From Tulanevirus 60ahydrpp (Duplodnaviria; Heunggongvirae; Uroviricota; Caudoviricetes; Straboviridae): a stretch of DNA of 64,000 bases. The notes below the pieces were generated by a model, which saw nothing but the letters and a program-made list of their open reading frames with translations, ran no database searches and was not told the origin of the DNA. Positions within the stretch are counted from its first letter, which is position 1. The number at the start of each line of letters is the position of its first letter. Positions 1 to 9,397 of this stretch are shown piece by piece. The stretch lies in IMG/VR virus record IMGVR_UViG_2974724359_000001, positions 83,795-147,794 of that record. The stretch is one strand, 5' to 3'. A program made the translations under genes and the position numbers.

Positions 1-513
1 CTTATTCTGTCTCTTTGCTATTACGCGAAAATCACTTTCGATATGGTTCTCGGTACAATCAAGGTATGGGACTCCATCATTTTCAACTCTCTGGCTGAGC
101 AGAATATCGTCATTCCGATGACAAAGGCTAGCCCGAAACAGAGTTTCCCTGGTGCATACGTCAAAGAACCTGTGCCTGGCGCGTATAAGTATGGTTTATC
201 GTTCGACCTTACTTCGCTTTATCCGAGTATTCTGCGTCTTCTCAATATCAGCCCAGAGATGATTGCCGGAATGTTTGCACCTGCACATCTTGACGACTAT
301 ATCAATAAGACTGCTCCTAAACCATCTGAAGTTTATAGTTGTGCCCCAAATGGCATGATGTACAAACGAGGTGAAGTTGGTGTACTGCCAACCGAAACTG
401 AGAAAGTATTCTTGCAACGTAAAGCCGAAAAGAAAATGATGCTTGCTGCTATACGCAATCAGGAAGCAATTAAGAAAATTCTGGCTTCCAGGGGCGAAAA
501 GGTAGACCACTAA
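1..513 (+). CDS. 43A: DNA polymerase gp43A (N-terminal part of split B-family polymerase), 5'-partial
   Basis: Frame open from base 1; PolB motif A SFDLTSLYPSI, plus FPGAYVKEP and PNGMMY; ends in the fingers helix (RKAEKKMMLAA). Confidence 0.95.
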   Translation, partial: LILSLCYYAKITFDMVLGTIKVWDSIIFNSLAEQNIVIPMTKASPKQSFPGAYVKEPVPGAYKYGLSFDLTSLYPSILRLLNISPEMIAGMFAPAHLDDYINKTAPKPSEVYSCAPNGMMYKRGEVGVLPTETEKVFLQRKAEKKMMLAAIRNQEAIKKILASRGEKVDH

Positions 514-514
514 T

Positions 515-555
515 GTTCCACTACTGTATGGGTGTGATAATATTGCACCCATACA
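515..555 (+). promoter_or_regulatory. Early-type promoter GTTCCA-17-TAATAT with the -10 inside an inverted repeat (525-534/546-555)
   Basis: Same spacing as the other early promoters; GAGGAG RBS at 560-565 follows. Confidence 0.55.
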
Positions 556-571
556 ATTTGAGGAGATTTAT

Positions 572-1396
572 GTGGACTATTTGAAGATTTACAACGATCT
601 AGTTTATTCGAGACAAACTAGGGGTTTAAACAAAAAGAACTTGAATTTTAACTCTGAGCGACATCACATAATTCCAAGGTGTATCGGCGGCACTAATGAT
701 AAAAACAACCTAGTTCTTTTGACACCTCGCGAACATTATATTGCCCATCTATTGCTTGTTAAAATTTATCCGGATAGGCATGGGCTACACAGCGCCGTTA
801 GGCGGTTGGTTGACGTTGATTGCTTTGGCGAATTATCTTATGTCTCTAATAGCCGGAGATACCAAATATTGCGCGAAAAGGCAGCGCAAGCAAATCGTGA
901 TTGGTGGACAACCGATGATCAGCGAGTTGTTGATATCCGCAATAGACTGAAAGCCAGACGTCGAGAATACATGCTTGAATATCATAAAAATGTCGACCCG
1001 GATGTTAAACATGAAACAATAAGAAAAATAGTTGAAGCGAATAAAATAGCGGTGGCCAATAGATCTGACGAGGCCGCAAACGCTATGAAGGAGAAAATGT
1101 CAATCCGAGCAAAATCGCGAGAGAAAATTGAATGCCCATGGTGCAAGTCATATTTTCAACCTCAAGAATTGTCGATGCGGCATGGCGACAAATGCAAGAA
1201 ACACCCATCATATGTCATGACCGAAAAAGAGCAGATATTTGAAGACCTCGATGTCACCAAGCACGAAGCTATAGCATGGCAAAATCTAATTTCTAGAAAA
1301 GCTAAGAAGGGTGATATAATAGAAACAACAAAACATAACGTCGAAACGTGGCTTATTCCTTTTAGAGCCAAACGAATTAGACTTGGCCGGAGTTAA
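572..1396 (+). mobile_element. Free-standing HNH homing endonuclease (Mob-type) between 43A and 43B
   Basis: HHIIPRCIGGTNDKNNLVLLTPREHYIAHLLL motif; GTG start with RBS; C-terminal CPWC...HGDKC putative Zn motif. Confidence 0.88.
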
Positions 1397-1400
1397 AATA

Positions 1401-2576
1401 ATGAATCTTGAACTATTTCGCGACTTCAATGATGCCGAACTTGGTTATTTGAATACACTCTCAAGCGAAGAATTATACTCGTTAATTCGTCAATGCGAAA
1501 AAGAAGAGCAGAAACGAAATACAAACCAGTTAAACCGAAAGATCTTGATCAACAGTCTTTATGGGTGTTTGGGTAACAACTTCTTCCGATTCTACGATTT
1601 GCGAAATGCTGAAGCTATTACAACTTACGGTCAATTAGCAATCCGTTGGATTGAGCGCAAGCTGAACGAATACATCAACAATCTTGTTAAAACGACTGAT
1701 GTCGACTATGTGTGTTATATTGATACTGACTCAGTGTATCTCAATATGGAAGCAGTGGTTAATAAAGTAGGGATTGACAAATTCCGGGACACCAACCATC
1801 TGATCGATTTCCTTGATAATCTCGGACATAAAAAGCTCGAGCCATTTATCGACGAGTCATACAAAGAACTCGAGGAATATATGAACAATGAGCACCATCT
1901 CTTGCTCATGGACCGCGAAGCTATTTTTGGAGCTCCACTTGGTTCGGATGGGATTGGCGGGTTCTGGACTGGTAAGAAAAGATATGCACTGAATGTCTAC
2001 GACATGGAAGGCACTCGATATGCAGAACCACATCTTAAAATCATGGGTTTGGAAACTCAACGATCATCCACTCCTTTGGCTTGTCAAAAATCACTAAAAG
2101 AGTCAATTCGTCGGTTGCTGCAAGAAGGTGAATCTTCTTTGCAAAATTATTTCATTCAATTCAAGAATGAATTCAAAACGATCGATTATCAAGAGATTGC
2201 CGCAGTGTCTTCTGCGAATAATATCGCCAAAAACGCGGATTCGGCAGGATATCCAATTAAAGGAGCTCCATATCATGTGAAAGGAGCCCTTGCATATAAC
2301 CGGATTGCAAAAACTGACCAATCAATTCCAGAGATTGTTGAAGGCGAAAAGGTAATGGTTATTCCTCTTCGTGATCGCAATCCATTCAATGAAGCGTGTT
2401 TTGCGTGGCCGTCAGGAACGCAAATTCCGCCTGTCGTAGAAGCTGATGTTTTGAAGTTTATGGATATAAATAAGCTTTTTGATAAAACATTCGTTAAACC
2501 ACTTGCTTCAATTTGTGAAGCTACGAAAACAGATTATGAATTTAGGAATAATTTGTTTGACATGTTTGATATTTGA
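1401..2576 (+). CDS. 43B: DNA polymerase gp43B (C-terminal part)
   Basis: Motif B RKILINSLYG, motif C YIDTDSVY, KKRYAL, KIMGLETQRSSTP; ATG 1401 with GGAG RBS. Confidence 0.96.
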   Translation: MNLELFRDFNDAELGYLNTLSSEELYSLIRQCEKEEQKRNTNQLNRKILINSLYGCLGNNFFRFYDLRNAEAITTYGQLAIRWIERKLNEYINNLVKTTDVDYVCYIDTDSVYLNMEAVVNKVGIDKFRDTNHLIDFLDNLGHKKLEPFIDESYKELEEYMNNEHHLLLMDREAIFGAPLGSDGIGGFWTGKKRYALNVYDMEGTRYAEPHLKIMGLETQRSSTPLACQKSLKESIRRLLQEGESSLQNYFIQFKNEFKTIDYQEIAAVSSANNIAKNADSAGYPIKGAPYHVKGALAYNRIAKTDQSIPEIVEGEKVMVIPLRDRNPFNEACFAWPSGTQIPPVVEADVLKFMDINKLFDKTFVKPLASICEATKTDYEFRNNLFDMFDI

Positions 2577-2585
2577 GGAAATAGT

Positions 2586-3269
2586 ATGCGTTATATGACT
2601 GTTCAAGATATTCGTGACATCATGGTGTCAAAATACAAATCAAATGAATTTGTTACTGACAAATCCGGGGTTAAAACTGTCGAAATTGCCCCAGTTATGT
2701 TTAAGGCCGATGAAGATCTAATTTTCGGTAAACTTAATCACGATTATATTGAGCGAGAGTTGTCTTGGTATTTGAGTCAATCTCGTTATGTTGCTGATAT
2801 TCCAGGTAAAACCCCAGCAATTTGGGAAGCTGTTGCAGATTGTAACGGTATGATCAACTCCAATTATGGCTGGGCTATTTTCAGCGAAGAAAATGGAAAT
2901 CAGTTTGCAAATGTTGTCAAACATCTAATTGAAAATCCATACACTCGTCGTGCAAACATGATTTATACTCGACCGTCTATGCATACTGATTACAATGCAA
3001 ATTGTATGTCCGATTTCATGTGCACCAATAATGTCCAATACCAGATCCGGGATGGAAAACTGAATGCAGTCGTTCATATGAGGTCAAATGACGCTATTTT
3101 CGGTTATCGGAATGATTGGGCGTGGCAGGATTATGTTTTGTCTAGACTGGTTGATACTCTTCAATCCCATGAAATCATGGTAGAAAAGGGTGATATCTAC
3201 TGGTGTGCTGATTCACTCCATGTGTATGAAAGACATTTTGGCCTGATTGAACAATACATTGCTCAATAA
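2586..3269 (+). CDS. 42: dCMP hydroxymethylase (thymidylate synthase fold; a dCMP hydroxylase variant cannot be excluded)
   Basis: Close to T4 gp42 throughout: DKSGVKTVEI, RELSWY, INSNYGWAI, DFMCTN (catalytic Cys), MRSND, FGYRNDWAWQ (cytosine-specifying Asp), SLHVYERH; syntenic after 43. Confidence 0.93.
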   Translation: MRYMTVQDIRDIMVSKYKSNEFVTDKSGVKTVEIAPVMFKADEDLIFGKLNHDYIERELSWYLSQSRYVADIPGKTPAIWEAVADCNGMINSNYGWAIFSEENGNQFANVVKHLIENPYTRRANMIYTRPSMHTDYNANCMSDFMCTNNVQYQIRDGKLNAVVHMRSNDAIFGYRNDWAWQDYVLSRLVDTLQSHEIMVEKGDIYWCADSLHVYERHFGLIEQYIAQ

Positions 3270-3282
3270 TTCTCAATTTCAG

Positions 3283-3338
3283 CATAGCGAGCATAATATT
3301 GCTCGCTATGTTTAGAATCTTTATAGGGTTGATATAAT
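3283..3338 (+). promoter_or_regulatory. 11-bp hairpin (possible terminator) overlapping promoter GTTTAG-17-TATAAT upstream of gene 40
   Basis: catagcgagca/tgctcgctatg at 3283-3293/3300-3310; -35 at 3310-3315, -10 at 3333-3338. Confidence 0.55.
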
Positions 3339-3361
3339 GTCACCACACAAAGGGAACATTT

Positions 3362-3703
3362 ATGGCATCTACCACTGATGATGAAACTCCCAAAAACTTA
3401 AATGACGCTCATGCTCTTATACAGCATGCTATGGAAAACGTTAAACAAGAGCTGCTGATAATCGATAAATCGGGCAAATCACACCTTGTTTATATTTTTG
3501 ATGCTCATATACATGATGGAAAACTGCATGTAGATTACAAAGCAGTTAATGAAAATGATGAAATTCATCAGCTTGTTCATGAAGCTATGAATGCACAAGT
3601 CAAACAAATTATGAAAGATAAAGAGGCACAAAATTGGTTGAAACAATCCTTGAAAACCTTCTCTTCAACAATACGTACTTTATTTCGGCGTACCCGTACA
3701 TAA
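3362..3703 (+). CDS. 40: gp40 head vertex assembly chaperone
   Basis: AMENVKQELLI..G.SHLVYI resembles T4 gp40; immediately upstream of 41. Confidence 0.8.
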   Translation: MASTTDDETPKNLNDAHALIQHAMENVKQELLIIDKSGKSHLVYIFDAHIHDGKLHVDYKAVNENDEIHQLVHEAMNAQVKQIMKDKEAQNWLKQSLKTFSSTIRTLFRRTRT

Positions 3704-5043
3704 AAGAAGATTATTTCGACCGTGGGCCTTACCGCGAGATTTTTAAACTCATTCAAAAACATGTGAATGAGTACAATACAATCCCAACCAAAACTGCACT
3801 TGCAATTGCACTTGACAAAAAATCTATCGATCAAGTAACTCATGACGGTGTGAAGGAAGTTTTGGCTCGTCTGTCTTCTAAACCAGAAGATCATGCCTGG
3901 TTGATTAAAGAAACTGAATCTTACTGCAAAGACCAAGCGATGTATAACGCGTTGTCTAAGGCAATCGAGATACAGGAAAATGCAGCCAAACCATTCGAAG
4001 AACGAAATAAGAAATTGCCGGATGTTGGTGCAATCGAAGATTTGATGAAAGAAGCATTGGCTATTTCGTTTGATGGCTCAGTCGGACATGATTGGTTTGA
4101 AGATTATGAACGACGTTACATGCTTTATCAATCCAAAGCAAATAAAGTCCCGTTCATCTCAAATGTTCTGAATAAAATAACCAAGGGTGGTGCAGAACTT
4201 GGCACGCTAAACGTTATCATGGCGGGTGTCAACGTTGGTAAATCTCTTGGCCTTTGCTCTTTGGCCGCAGATTATCTCCAAACTGGCAAAAACGTCGTTT
4301 ATTTCTCGATGGAGATGGCTGAACATGTTGTTGCCAAACGTATAGATGCCAACTTGCTCGATGTCACACTTGACGAAATAGATGATGGCAACATGAGCTT
4401 TGCCGAGTATAAAGCTCGGATGGAGCGTCTGAAATCCAGAAATATGGGTCGTTTGATTATCAAGCAATATCCAACTTCTGGTGCAAATGCTAATCATTTC
4501 AATGCGTTTTTGAACGAGCTGAAGCTGAAGAAAAACTTCAAAGCAGATGTTGTTATTGTGGACTATCTGGGTATCTGTGCGTCCACACGAATTCGTGGAG
4601 GTTCTGAGAACTCGTATACTTTGGTAAAAGCTATTGCCGAAGAATTACGTGGTCTTGCTGTCCAACATCAAGTTGTTCTATGGACTGGTGCTCAAACTAC
4701 TCGATCTGCATGGGATTCGACCGACATCGACATGTCTGATGTAGCTGAATCTGCTGGATTACCAGCAACTGCTGATTTTATGCTCGCAGTGATGGAAACC
4801 GAAGAGTTAGCTCAAATGGGTCTCCAATTGATGAAGCAGATAAAATCGCGGTATGGAGATAAAAATTGGATTAACAAATTCAAAATGGGTGTTAAAAAGG
4901 GCAACCAGAGATGGTATGATGTAGAAGAAGAACAATCAAGGCCGGGAACGCCAAATACACCTTCTCCGAGACAAGCTGACAATACGAAGGGAAATAACTC
5001 AAGACAACATCTTGACGAACTTGCCGCTACAATGCATTTCTGA
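3634..5043 (+). CDS. 41: Replicative DnaB-like helicase gp41
   Basis: Walker A AGVNVGKS, SMEM, VVIVDYLGI, DVAESAGLPATADFM, KQIKSRYGD; TTG start. Confidence 0.96.
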   Translation: MVETILENLLFNNTYFISAYPYIKEDYFDRGPYREIFKLIQKHVNEYNTIPTKTALAIALDKKSIDQVTHDGVKEVLARLSSKPEDHAWLIKETESYCKDQAMYNALSKAIEIQENAAKPFEERNKKLPDVGAIEDLMKEALAISFDGSVGHDWFEDYERRYMLYQSKANKVPFISNVLNKITKGGAELGTLNVIMAGVNVGKSLGLCSLAADYLQTGKNVVYFSMEMAEHVVAKRIDANLLDVTLDEIDDGNMSFAEYKARMERLKSRNMGRLIIKQYPTSGANANHFNAFLNELKLKKNFKADVVIVDYLGICASTRIRGGSENSYTLVKAIAEELRGLAVQHQVVLWTGAQTTRSAWDSTDIDMSDVAESAGLPATADFMLAVMETEELAQMGLQLMKQIKSRYGDKNWINKFKMGVKKGNQRWYDVEEEQSRPGTPNTPSPRQADNTKGNNSRQHLDELAATMHF

Positions 5044-5073
5044 TGGCCTAACGGCCATCTATATAGGAAACTG

Positions 5074-5262
5074 ATGATGAAAACATTTCTAGAGTGTTCT
5101 GGTAAACAGAAAGATCAGGTCAATATGGATATACAGGTTGACGAAGATGTTGTGGCTGGTGATTCTGGAGGAGACCCAGTCAACATCGCAGCTGGTAAAA
5201 CGTCTGGCGCAGTCATTTCCCCTGGGCCTAAAGTCCTTCCTAAGAAGGAAAAGAAGAAATGA
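5074..5262 (+). CDS. 61.1: T4 61.1-like small protein
   Basis: VAGDSGGDPVNIAAGKTSGAV..GP motif as in T4 61.1. Confidence 0.75.
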   Translation: MMKTFLECSGKQKDQVNMDIQVDEDVVAGDSGGDPVNIAAGKTSGAVISPGPKVLPKKEKKK

Positions 5263-5543
5263 TTACGTTCGAAGCCGCTCAAGAAGCATGTGAGGCTTTA
5301 GGTCATGTGGCATTAAAGAATCTTAGAAATCAGCCTCATCTCAATATTCTGAAAACAGTCTACACGAATTGTTTACCGAGAATGATGAGGGATGTCGTGT
5401 ATGAGATGGCTGTTAATGCTGCAGAAATTGATTCGTACTTGGTTACGCAAGGAAAGCCATTCTCTCGTTTAGAATATGCTCAACACCGTGAAATTCTGTT
5501 GGAAGCATGTCGGCAATTGGATGCTAATGGATTTTTGTCGTAG
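5259..5543 (+). CDS. Hypothetical protein
   Basis: ATGA-coupled ORF between 61.1 and primase. Confidence 0.65.
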   Translation: MITFEAAQEACEALGHVALKNLRNQPHLNILKTVYTNCLPRMMRDVVYEMAVNAAEIDSYLVTQGKPFSRLEYAQHREILLEACRQLDANGFLS

Positions 5544-5577
5544 TATAATGGGGCCAAGAGCCCCGTTTGGAGTTATT

Positions 5578-6582
5578 ATGTTTGCTGATTTTTTGTTTGC
5601 TGAACGAGCAATGATGCATTTGCCAAAATTCAAACGAAAGAAGGGAAAGTTCAATTCAAGATGTCCAATATGTGGTGATTCCATGACGGACATGAACAAA
5701 GCCCGCTTTTGGATGTATGAGAAGAAGGGCGAGTGGCAAGTTCATTGCTTTAACTGTGGTTATCATAGCAATTTGGGCGGGTATTTAAAGGAGCGAGAAG
5801 AAGAACTTTATCGTGAATGGCTATTAGAAAGAAGGAAAGAAAGCACTGTCTTCAAGCCAGAAGCAAAACCAGTAGAAAATCTCTTCACCAAAAAGATGCC
5901 GGTGATTGAAAAGTTAAATTTTTGTGATCGTCTAGATTTGCTACCAGCGAACCATCCTATAGTAAAATACGTCGCAAACAGAAAAATACCAGAATCAGCA
6001 TATAAGCGGTTATGGTTTACTCGCGAATGGCAGAAATTGGTAAATTCTATTTCACCAGATACGTATACCCGCGAATCACCGGAAAATAGATTGGTTATCC
6101 CAATATTTGACAAAAATGGTGAAATCCAGTCTTTTCAGGGAAGAGCTCTATCAGCTAGTCCAAACAAATACATCACTATAAAGGCCCATGAAGATGCATC
6201 AAAAATTTACGGAATGGACACAATTGATGGGAACCGAACTGTATGGTTTATGGAAGGACCAATTGACTCCCTCTTCATTCCGAATTCTGGAGCTATCACT
6301 GGCGGTAGTCTTGCACTAAACGAAGTGCCGTTCAAAAGCACTCGAGTATGGGTTCTTGATAATGAGCCATTTCATCCTGACACATGCAAGCGGCTGTCTA
6401 GGCTAATAGATGCAGGTGAACGAGTTGTGATGTGGGACAGGTGCGCTTGGGCGTCAAAAGACGTAAACGATATGATAATGAAGGAAAATGCAACTGCCGA
6501 AGATATTCTCCAGTATTGCAAGGACAACACCGTGTCGGGTTTGCAAGCAAAACTGCGATTTGGCAAATGGAAGCGTTGCTAA
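5578..6582 (+). CDS. 61: DNA primase gp61
   Basis: Zn finger RCPICGDS...HCFNCGY, TOPRIM EGPIDSLF, LDNEP, KDVNDMI; ATG 5578 with GGAG RBS. Confidence 0.95.
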   Translation: MFADFLFAERAMMHLPKFKRKKGKFNSRCPICGDSMTDMNKARFWMYEKKGEWQVHCFNCGYHSNLGGYLKEREEELYREWLLERRKESTVFKPEAKPVENLFTKKMPVIEKLNFCDRLDLLPANHPIVKYVANRKIPESAYKRLWFTREWQKLVNSISPDTYTRESPENRLVIPIFDKNGEIQSFQGRALSASPNKYITIKAHEDASKIYGMDTIDGNRTVWFMEGPIDSLFIPNSGAITGGSLALNEVPFKSTRVWVLDNEPFHPDTCKRLSRLIDAGERVVMWDRCAWASKDVNDMIMKENATAEDILQYCKDNTVSGLQAKLRFGKWKRC

Positions 6583-6610
6583 GGCCTCTTCGGAGGCCTT
6601 AGTTGTTTTT
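6581..6610 (+). terminator. Rho-independent terminator
   Basis: aaggcctc-TTCG-gaggcctt followed by a T-rich tract. Confidence 0.85.
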
Positions 6611-6633
6611 ATTGAACGATGACGAACAAAACA

Positions 6634-6662
6634 GTGTACACTATCTCTAAAGATGATACTAT
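6634..6662 (+). promoter_or_regulatory. Phage early promoter GTGTAC-17-TACTAT
   Basis: Recurring T4-like early promoter consensus, followed by an A-rich leader and GGAG RBS. Confidence 0.8.
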
Positions 6663-6689
6663 AGCATCATACCAAACAAACTGATTAAA
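6652..6689 (+). repeat. 38-bp direct repeat of a promoter/leader segment (second copy 28941-28978)
   Basis: gatgatactatagcatcataccaaacaaactgattaaa is identical at both sites. Confidence 0.9.
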
Positions 6690-6704
6690 ACAACGGAGTA
6701 TATC

Positions 6705-6953
6705 ATGACTATCCAAACTAACGTTCTCAACCTCACCGAAAACGAAAAGAAATCTGGTTTCCAAATTCTTGAAACTCTGGAAAAAGGTCATTTTCGTGAT
6801 ACTTTGGAAGATGCGATCAACGGCGGTAAAATGAGTGATGCTGAACGTCAAACTCTTCGTTGTGTTTTGAACAATATTGCTGATACTCAACCATCACTGT
6901 TCAAAGTTCACAACGATTTTATTTTCGCTCTTATGGTATTTTCTGGAATTTAA
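6705..6953 (+). CDS. Hypothetical early protein
   Basis: ORF directly after early promoter and GGAG RBS. Confidence 0.75.
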   Translation: MTIQTNVLNLTENEKKSGFQILETLEKGHFRDTLEDAINGGKMSDAERQTLRCVLNNIADTQPSLFKVHNDFIFALMVFSGI

Positions 6954-6955
6954 TA

Positions 6956-6991
6956 GTTTGCAACGTGACTATTCTATGATAGAATAGTCAC
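6956..6991 (+). promoter_or_regulatory. Early promoter (-10 TAGAAT 6980-6985) within a perfect 12-bp inverted repeat
   Basis: gtgactattcta-tga-tagaatagtcac; GTTTGC upstream. Confidence 0.7.
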
Positions 6992-7010
6992 ATAAAACGG
7001 AGTAATTTAA

Positions 7011-7343
7011 ATGATCAACATCAACGCGACTATTCGCTCGAGCGATTTCGGCGGTGCGGTAGAAGAAAAGAAGTGGTGCATCACTAAACGTAAAGGTGAT
7101 ATCATCGCTGTTCAAACTCCCGAAGGTCCATCTGACGATTTTGTTTGGGAAATAGTCGCATTCAATTTCTTCACTCAATCGCAATATGTCCTCAAAACAC
7201 GTATTGTTGGTAAGATAGTTCATGACGAAGACGATTCGTATTACATGAATGGTCGTGCTTGTGCAGACAAACTGATTGAGCGTATAAAAAAGGCAGGAAA
7301 AATTGATCTCAACAATTGGGAATATGATGAAACGCCTCTCTAG
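7011..7343 (+). CDS. Hypothetical early protein
   Basis: ORF after promoter and GGAG RBS. Confidence 0.75.
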   Translation: MININATIRSSDFGGAVEEKKWCITKRKGDIIAVQTPEGPSDDFVWEIVAFNFFTQSQYVLKTRIVGKIVHDEDDSYYMNGRACADKLIERIKKAGKIDLNNWEYDETPL

Positions 7344-7509
7344 TGACCCGTATGTGAGAGGTTGGAACTGGGCGTATTCTGAATTCAAGAAGGGTACGCC
7401 TTTAAACGAAATTGAAGAAAAAGCTGACAACGCTTTTGACTTTAACGAATTCGATCGAGGCGCGTTGGAGGCTGTCCGCGATATACAAAATACGGAGAAC
7501 AAAACATGA
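7324..7509 (+). CDS. Hypothetical protein
   Basis: Short ORF tiling the operon. Confidence 0.55.
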   Translation: MMKRLSSDPYVRGWNWAYSEFKKGTPLNEIEEKADNAFDFNEFDRGALEAVRDIQNTENKT

Positions 7510-8192
7510 AAGCTCTGACTATTGCTCTATTATTCGCTGCTTCTACAGCTTCTGCTGCTAGCTTCGATTGCCAAGTAAAAAATCTGAATGCTATCGAGAA
7601 AGCTATTTGCGCTGTTCCAGAAATTTCTTTGCTGGATGATCAAATGGCAGAAGCATTTAAGGCGGTATCGCATATCCCCGGGGTTAAAGTTGACCAGCGT
7701 GCGTATATCAAAACACGGAATGCTTCAACGTCATTGTCTGAACTAAAAGACAATATGACTGACCGCATCATCGAGTTGCAGATTATTGCTGAATTGGAAG
7801 GTGTTCAGAAAAAACCACATTCTGAAATTGTCCGAACCGATTCCGCTAAAGCTACAAGTAATCGGCCTGTCGAAAAAGACACGGTGGCAGATCTCATTCG
7901 GCAAGCAAAACAAGGGGATGAACTCAACTTTCGTGGAAAAACGAGCTACACAGATTACCGTGACAAAAATGCTCCGATTTGGATGCGCGGCTGCGCGTAC
8001 AGGATAGTTCGCAACGATGTGATGGGCAGATGGGTAGCTCAAGCTCGTTCAGCTGGTCTAATTAATGAATTCAAATCTGTAGAGTATAAAATCGAAACTG
8101 GTTTTATCAATATGACCATCGATAATTTGAAAATGAATATTCAAAAAAGTCGTCAAGTCTGCGAAGCTATGGCAATAGGAACGACGTGGTAA
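7506..8192 (+). CDS. Secreted protein with N-terminal LprI/DUF1311-like domain
   Basis: Signal peptide MKALTIALLFAASTASA, then ASFDC...IEKAIC..PEISLLDDQM..Q..YIKTRN pattern. Confidence 0.7.
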   Translation: MKALTIALLFAASTASAASFDCQVKNLNAIEKAICAVPEISLLDDQMAEAFKAVSHIPGVKVDQRAYIKTRNASTSLSELKDNMTDRIIELQIIAELEGVQKKPHSEIVRTDSAKATSNRPVEKDTVADLIRQAKQGDELNFRGKTSYTDYRDKNAPIWMRGCAYRIVRNDVMGRWVAQARSAGLINEFKSVEYKIETGFINMTIDNLKMNIQKSRQVCEAMAIGTTW

Positions 8193-8249
8193 TACTGCTG
8201 TCTGTGTCGAAAAGTGATATAATTACTACAATTAACATAGGAGAACAAA

Positions 8250-8765
8250 ATGACACCCCAATTCAATGAATGCGCACAACTAACTGGTAATATGGATAAG
8301 GCAGTAAATGCGCTGTATGATTGCCTTATTGCCAACGAGAATCCTCTCAATCGAATGATTGATATGCAGCGTCAACTTCAAATTGAGCTCGCACAACGGC
8401 ACCCAAAATACAATCGCGACCCGCGAGAGCTTAAAACTTGTGGCGAAATTCTTGACTGGTGCCAAGCACAGGATGATTATATTGCAGATGAGATTCGCGA
8501 GCATTATACCGCTTTGGGTGGAATGAGTAATCCCAAACCGAATGCGATCTGGAAACCTTGGCGCGCCGAACATGATGAATATCGTAATCGACTATTTTCT
8601 GAATTGTCGCCTGAAGACCAACTCGAAGCAAAATTTGAGTTGATTGACCAAATGCATTTTGTTCTTAACAAGATCATTGCGATGGGCATGGATGGCGATG
8701 AAATCTTCAAACTCTATTATTTGAAAAATGCCGAAAACTTCGCAAGGCAGGAGAATGGATACTAA
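8250..8765 (+). CDS. 56: dCTPase/dUTPase gp56
   Basis: QFNECAQL, DMQRQLQI, SPEDQLEAKFELID, KLYYLKNAENFARQENGY match T4 gp56. Confidence 0.94.
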   Translation: MTPQFNECAQLTGNMDKAVNALYDCLIANENPLNRMIDMQRQLQIELAQRHPKYNRDPRELKTCGEILDWCQAQDDYIADEIREHYTALGGMSNPKPNAIWKPWRAEHDEYRNRLFSELSPEDQLEAKFELIDQMHFVLNKIIAMGMDGDEIFKLYYLKNAENFARQENGY

Positions 8766-8888
8766 TGCTTGAACAAGACGAAATTGATGAAATCAATCGC
8801 TTGCGCAAACTAGATGTTGAAGAAGGAAGGGCGTCTATTTACGCCCCATATATTCCATTTCAAACAATCGAATATGAGGATTTTTATT

Positions 8889-9080
8889 ATGTATGAAGTC
8901 AAATGGATTGAAATTAACAGGGACAATCATGGTGTAACATTTGCTATGAATACACCCAACGGTGTTCTAATCCGAGTTAATTACACTTTTAAATCAGAAA
9001 AGTTTGATATGACGTTCATTCCTGATATAAAAGTTGTCAGTAATCCCAATGGAAATGGATATATTTTCTGCCACGGGTGA
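8889..9080 (+). CDS. Hypothetical protein
   Basis: ATG 8889 with GAGG RBS. Confidence 0.55.
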   Translation: MYEVKWIEINRDNHGVTFAMNTPNGVLIRVNYTFKSEKFDMTFIPDIKVVSNPNGNGYIFCHG

Positions 9081-9083
9081 TTC

Positions 9084-9395
9084 ATGAAAAAATATGTAAT
9101 CCAATGGAAAGACGTCGAAGGATTCTGTCATTTTGTGGACGGCAATTTGTATGGCTCATCTAGTGGCGTTGTATTCCATAATTCGTGGGAAGATGCCAAA
9201 GCTAATATGCAGAAAGCGAAAGAAGCCATAGCAGAGTATTTGAAAGGAACAAAAGTTGTCAAAAAGCGACTATTTGGGCCTCCAACAATAGTCGCGATCA
9301 ACAAGCCGTCGGAATATTTGGCTAATACGCATAAACGAATGTGTGATACAATGCATATCGTTGATATTAATGTGATGCCAAAACAAATGAGGTAA
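9084..9395 (+). CDS. Hypothetical protein
   Basis: Tiles the operon upstream of dda. Confidence 0.65.
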   Translation: MKKYVIQWKDVEGFCHFVDGNLYGSSSGVVFHNSWEDAKANMQKAKEAIAEYLKGTKVVKKRLFGPPTIVAINKPSEYLANTHKRMCDTMHIVDINVMPKQMR

Positions 9396-9397
9396 AA

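Noticed and set aside
514-1400. Group I intron or intein in gene 43
   Set aside because: No room for an intron core around the HNH ORF, no Cys/Ser...His-Asn intein ends, and both halves have their own stop or RBS.
5505-5565. MotA-box middle promoter upstream of gene 61
   Set aside because: TATAAT is present but the TGCTAA candidate is at non-canonical spacing; not supportable.
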